Shown one piece after another: positions 31,962 to 32,382 of a DNA stretch of 32,382 bases. The position numbers and the translations under genes are program-made. Numbering within the stretch: the first letter of the stretch is position 1; the number at the start of each line of letters is the position of its first letter. Under the pieces are notes generated by a model. It ran no database searches. It saw only the letters and a program-made list of their open reading frames with translations, and was not told the DNA's origin. The stretch comes from a virus, in IMG/VR virus record IMGVR_UViG_3300026882_000104. One strand, given 5' to 3'.

Positions 31962-32006
31962 AGCTTCAACACAAACTTTTTCTAACTGTTCGTAATATCG
32001 TTGTCC

Positions 32007-32382
32007 ATGACTAAATCTAACGTTTTAGACGTCACGGTTGAAGGTGCTGCTCCCTCCATCACCATCACAGCTTCCACAACTTCCCTCCCAAGCAGTGGTG
32101 GCACTGTTAGCTTTACAGGTAGCACTGATTTACCAGCTGGGACAACTTTGGATATTTATGTAAACGCTGGTAACGTTGGTACTGTAACAGTGGGTTCAGG
32201 TGGTAGTATTTCTTTTTCTGTTAATATACCGAGCAACTCTTCTGGTTCCTCGGTTACTTACGACGTGTATCTGGTAGACCCTGCAACTGGTACACAATCA
32301 AACACAGTGGCTATTAGCGTAGCACCAGCAAGTAAAAGTATCGCACTCACAAGCCAATCTGCAACAACCCTACCTAGCAGTG
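32007..32382 (+). CDS. 3'-truncated Ser/Thr/Gly-rich Ig-like repeat protein (putative spike or surface protein)
   Basis: MTKSNVLDVTVEGAAPSITITASTTSLPSSGGTVSFTGS...; a second repeat starts at QSATTLPSS. Open to the window end. Confidence 0.7.
   Translation, partial: MTKSNVLDVTVEGAAPSITITASTTSLPSSGGTVSFTGSTDLPAGTTLDIYVNAGNVGTVTVGSGGSISFSVNIPSNSSGSSVTYDVYLVDPATGTQSNTVAISVAPASKSIALTSQSATTLPSS

Overview
The window is most consistent with part of a virus, provirus or large mobile element of a probably thermophilic archaeon: GGTGA-type Shine-Dalgarno sites, BRE/TATA promoters, leaderless starts and U-tract terminators. Modules in order: (1) a + strand methyltransferase-like / geranylgeranyl-reductase / UbiA-prenyltransferase operon (271-2991); (2) a repeat-rich AT-rich intergenic region, a candidate origin (3000-3276); (3) a - strand replication/recombination operon with a DUF3987-like ATPase, RFC large- and small-like subunits, adenine methylase, Cas4-like nuclease, XPF, AEP primase, PCNA-like clamp, AAA_24 ATPase and an OB-fold protein (3295-12296); (4) a TIGR-like array of about 24 36-nt units with two alternating 9-nt repeats and 9-nt spacers, directly downstream of a Nop-domain (TasA-like) gene with a Cys4 insertion (12405-14151); (5) a long - strand accessory region (14158-24919) with a MoxR/vWA pair, in which genes are punctuated by self-cleaving ribozyme folds read directly from the sequence: five contiguous HDV-like folds, one apparently split/permuted HDV-like fold enclosing a whole ORF, one type I hammerhead, and a tRNA-mimicking RNA; (6) a non-coding region with an alternating purine-pyrimidine tract and inverted repeat, an RHH gene and a minimal tyrosine recombinase; (7) a probable virion structural operon, a GT4 glycosyltransferase, a subtilisin-like protease and a truncated Ig-like protein. 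All assignments come from motif recognition and manual base-pairing. No database search or folding program was run.
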